Source: Elusimicrobiota bacterium (GTDB taxonomy: Bacteria > Elusimicrobiota > Elusimicrobia > UBA1565 > UBA9628). Taken from it: a stretch of DNA of 56,102 nt. Below are positions 54,308 through 56,102 of this stretch, one piece after another. Location: positions 1 to 56,102 of the forward strand of contig JAYTSX010000239.1 of the NCBI GenBank assembly GCA_043745445.1, in the 5' to 3' direction. Below the pieces are notes generated by a model, which was not told the DNA's origin, did no database searches, and saw nothing but the letters and a program-made list of their open reading frames with translations. The first letter of the stretch is position 1. Each line of letters opens with the position of its first letter. A program made the position numbers and the translations under genes.

Positions 54308-56102
54308 GAGGCCGCGGCGGCTTCGTTCTGGCCCACGGAGAAATAGCGGGCCTTGGGGTGGTGGAAGACGAGGGCGCTGACCGTCGCCTCAGGCTCCATC
54401 ATGAAACCTTCGGTGAGCTGAACGCCGCAATTTTTCTCGGGGTCGAGGAGCTTGAAGAGGATTGTCTGGTCTTCGAGGTTCGGGCAGGCCGGATAGCCGA
54501 AGCTGACGCGAATGCCGCGATATTTTCCCTGGAATTTCTCGCGGATGCTCTGGCCGGCGGGATCTCCGATGCCCCACATCTTGCGGATGCGGTCGTGCAG
54601 GAGTTCCGCGAAGCCCTCGGCCGCCTCGATGGCGATGGACTGCAAAGCATGCGACTTGAGGTATTCACCCTCGTCGCGGTACTTGTCGGAGAGCTCGCGG
54701 ATGCCGGCGCCGCAAGTCACGACGAACATCGCCGCATAGTCGCGCCCCGTGCCCGCGGGCTTCACGAAGTCGGCCAGGCACAAGCGCTCGCCGGCGGGCT
54801 GGCGCGGGAAGGTGAAGCCATCTAAGGGCGCGGTCGCCGAAGGCGACTCGTACAGGCTCATGCGGTCGCCCGCGGCGTCCACGGCGAAGAACTTAAAGAC
54901 GGCCTTAGGCTTGATGAGTCCCTTGGCGAGGATCTCGTCTTGGAGGGCGAGCACGCGCTTGTGCAGTTCGACGGCCTTCGGGTTCTTGTCCTTGAGGTGC
55001 TGCTCAAGATTGCCGCGTAGGCCGAGATGCTTTCCGTAAAGCATGATCGGATTGATGTATTTAAAGATCTCGTCCACCGGGAAGTCAGTCAGCGCGTGAA
55101 GTTTCAGATCGGGAGGCACCGGCGGGGTGTCATGGACGATCTCTAGGCGGGGAGCCGCGGGACCTTCCGGCATCGCGGCCGTCGGCGCGATCGTCTCAGT
55201 TCGCAGGTACTCTTGAATTTCCTTGTTCTTCGCAAGGAGGGCGTCTTTCTTCTCGCCGAAATAATCGTTGGCGAGGGAGAGCCCGGTCATGGCGTCCTTG
55301 GCATAGAACACTGGCCCGTCGTACGAGGGAGCGATACGCTTCGCCGCGAACCGAGGCGAGAGCGCCGCACCGCCGACGAGGATCGGCAGGCGGATGCCCG
55401 CGGCCGTCAGGTCGTCGGCGGTGACGACCATCATCTGCGCCGATTTGACCAACAGCCCCGATAGGCCGATCGCGTCGGGGTTGTGACTCTTGATGGCTTC
55501 AAGCAGCTGCTCAGGCGCGACCTTGATGCCGAGGTCGACGACTTTATAGCCGTTGTTCTTGAGAATAATGTGCACGAGGTTCTTGCCGATATCGTGCACG
55601 TCGCCTTTGACGGTGGCGAGCAGGATCGTCGCGCGGGTGGCGCTGTCGGCCAAGGTCATGTGCGGTTCGAGATGCGCCACGGCGGCCTTCATCACCTCGG
55701 CGGACTGGAGGACTTCGGCGACGATCATCGTGTTCGCGCCGAATAGGCGGCCGACCTCATCCATGCCGGCCATCAACGGGCCGTTGATGATCTCAAGCGG
55801 CTTGAGGGTTTTGAGGAACTCGTCGAGATCGATCTTCAGGCCTTCCTGGGAGCCTTCCACGACATTTTTGGCGACGCGCTCGGCGATGGGCAGCTTAAGC
55901 CGTTCTGACGGACTTTTCTCGACGGTCTTGACCAGGCGGAAGTGTTCTGAGAATGCCGCGACGGCGTCAAAGCCCGCGGAATGTTTGGGATCGCCCGGGC
56001 CGGTCCAGGAGAGAAGATCCCAGCACAGCTTGATCTCGGCGTCGGGAATCTGGGAGTAGCGGGCGAGCTTTTCGGCGTTGACGATGGCCATGTCGAGGCC
56101 CG
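54304..56102 (-). CDS. metH: cobalamin-dependent methionine synthase (3' portion: end of pterin domain, B12 cap, B12-binding and AdoMet-activation domains); 5' end beyond the right edge
   Basis: GLDMAIVNA (frame stays open to the window edge), DxHxxG motif GDVHDIGKN, SGLL, activation domain ..RVSFGYPACP... Confidence 0.93.
   Translation of the reverse strand, partial: GLDMAIVNAEKLARYSQIPDAEIKLCWDLLSWTGPGDPKHSAGFDAVAAFSEHFRLVKTVEKSPSERLKLPIAERVAKNVVEGSQEGLKIDLDEFLKTLKPLEIINGPLMAGMDEVGRLFGANTMIVAEVLQSAEVMKAAVAHLEPHMTLADSATRATILLATVKGDVHDIGKNLVHIILKNNGYKVVDLGIKVAPEQLLEAIKSHNPDAIGLSGLLVKSAQMMVVTADDLTAAGIRLPILVGGAALSPRFAAKRIAPSYDGPVFYAKDAMTGLSLANDYFGEKKDALLAKNKEIQEYLRTETIAPTAAMPEGPAAPRLEIVHDTPPVPPDLKLHALTDFPVDEIFKYINPIMLYGKHLGLRGNLEQHLKDKNPKAVELHKRVLALQDEILAKGLIKPKAVFKFFAVDAAGDRMSLYESPSATAPLDGFTFPRQPAGERLCLADFVKPAGTGRDYAAMFVVTCGAGIRELSDKYRDEGEYLKSHALQSIAIEAAEGFAELLHDRIRKMWGIGDPAGQSIREKFQGKYRGIRVSFGYPACPNLEDQTILFKLLDPEKNCGVQLTEGFMMEPEATVSALVFHHPKARYFSVGQNEAAAAS

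Overview
Origin-proximal window of a high-GC bacterial chromosome with a diderm-type envelope gene set (lgt, lipobox or signal-peptide proteins, wecB, rfbA). I call about 50 CDS (2 truncated by the window edges) and 1 tRNA. I saw no rRNA, CRISPR, transposase, integrase, prophage or recognisable defence genes. Layout, left to right: partial hpf (-); an AT-rich, DnaA-box spacer (oriC-like); then a long co-directional + block dnaA-dnaN-DUF721(DciA-like)-gyrB-gyrA-hyp-serS-mazG-AdoMetDC-speE. Next comes a translationally coupled minus operon parA-parB-hyp-asd-hyp, a glutamine-synthetase-family gene, a charged heptad-repeat secreted protein and a GT4 glycosyltransferase. A minus operon follows: deoxyhypusine-synthase-like / HDAC-like / FkbM methyltransferase / agmatinase-like / wecB. 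Then hyp-SDR-ALDH (+), a TPR/HEAT-tatD-GNAT operon (-), a malate synthase-isocitrate lyase fusion gene (+), and an envelope block (rfbA, tRNA-CAT, secreted unknowns, cfa-like, lgt). After that: M3 and M14 peptidases with a PrcB-like lipoprotein, coaD, a 1760-aa multidomain ORF, a secreted HEAT-repeat protein and partial metH. Most notable candidates: (1) the 1760-aa ORF joins a phosphohistidine swivel domain, a PPDK_N-type ATP-grasp domain in glucan-water-dikinase-like order, and a C-terminal LMW phosphotyrosine phosphatase, behind about 890 aa of unrecognisable sequence. (2) A single-polypeptide malate synthase + isocitrate lyase with a deviant ICL active-site loop. (3) A tightly coupled operon mixing polyamine-type enzymes with glycan enzymes, alongside a eukaryote-type AdoMetDC and other polyamine genes. 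(4) A shared long palindromic repeat at two loci, and parS-like direct repeats abutting parA. All functional calls rest on motifs read by eye from the translations. No database search was run.
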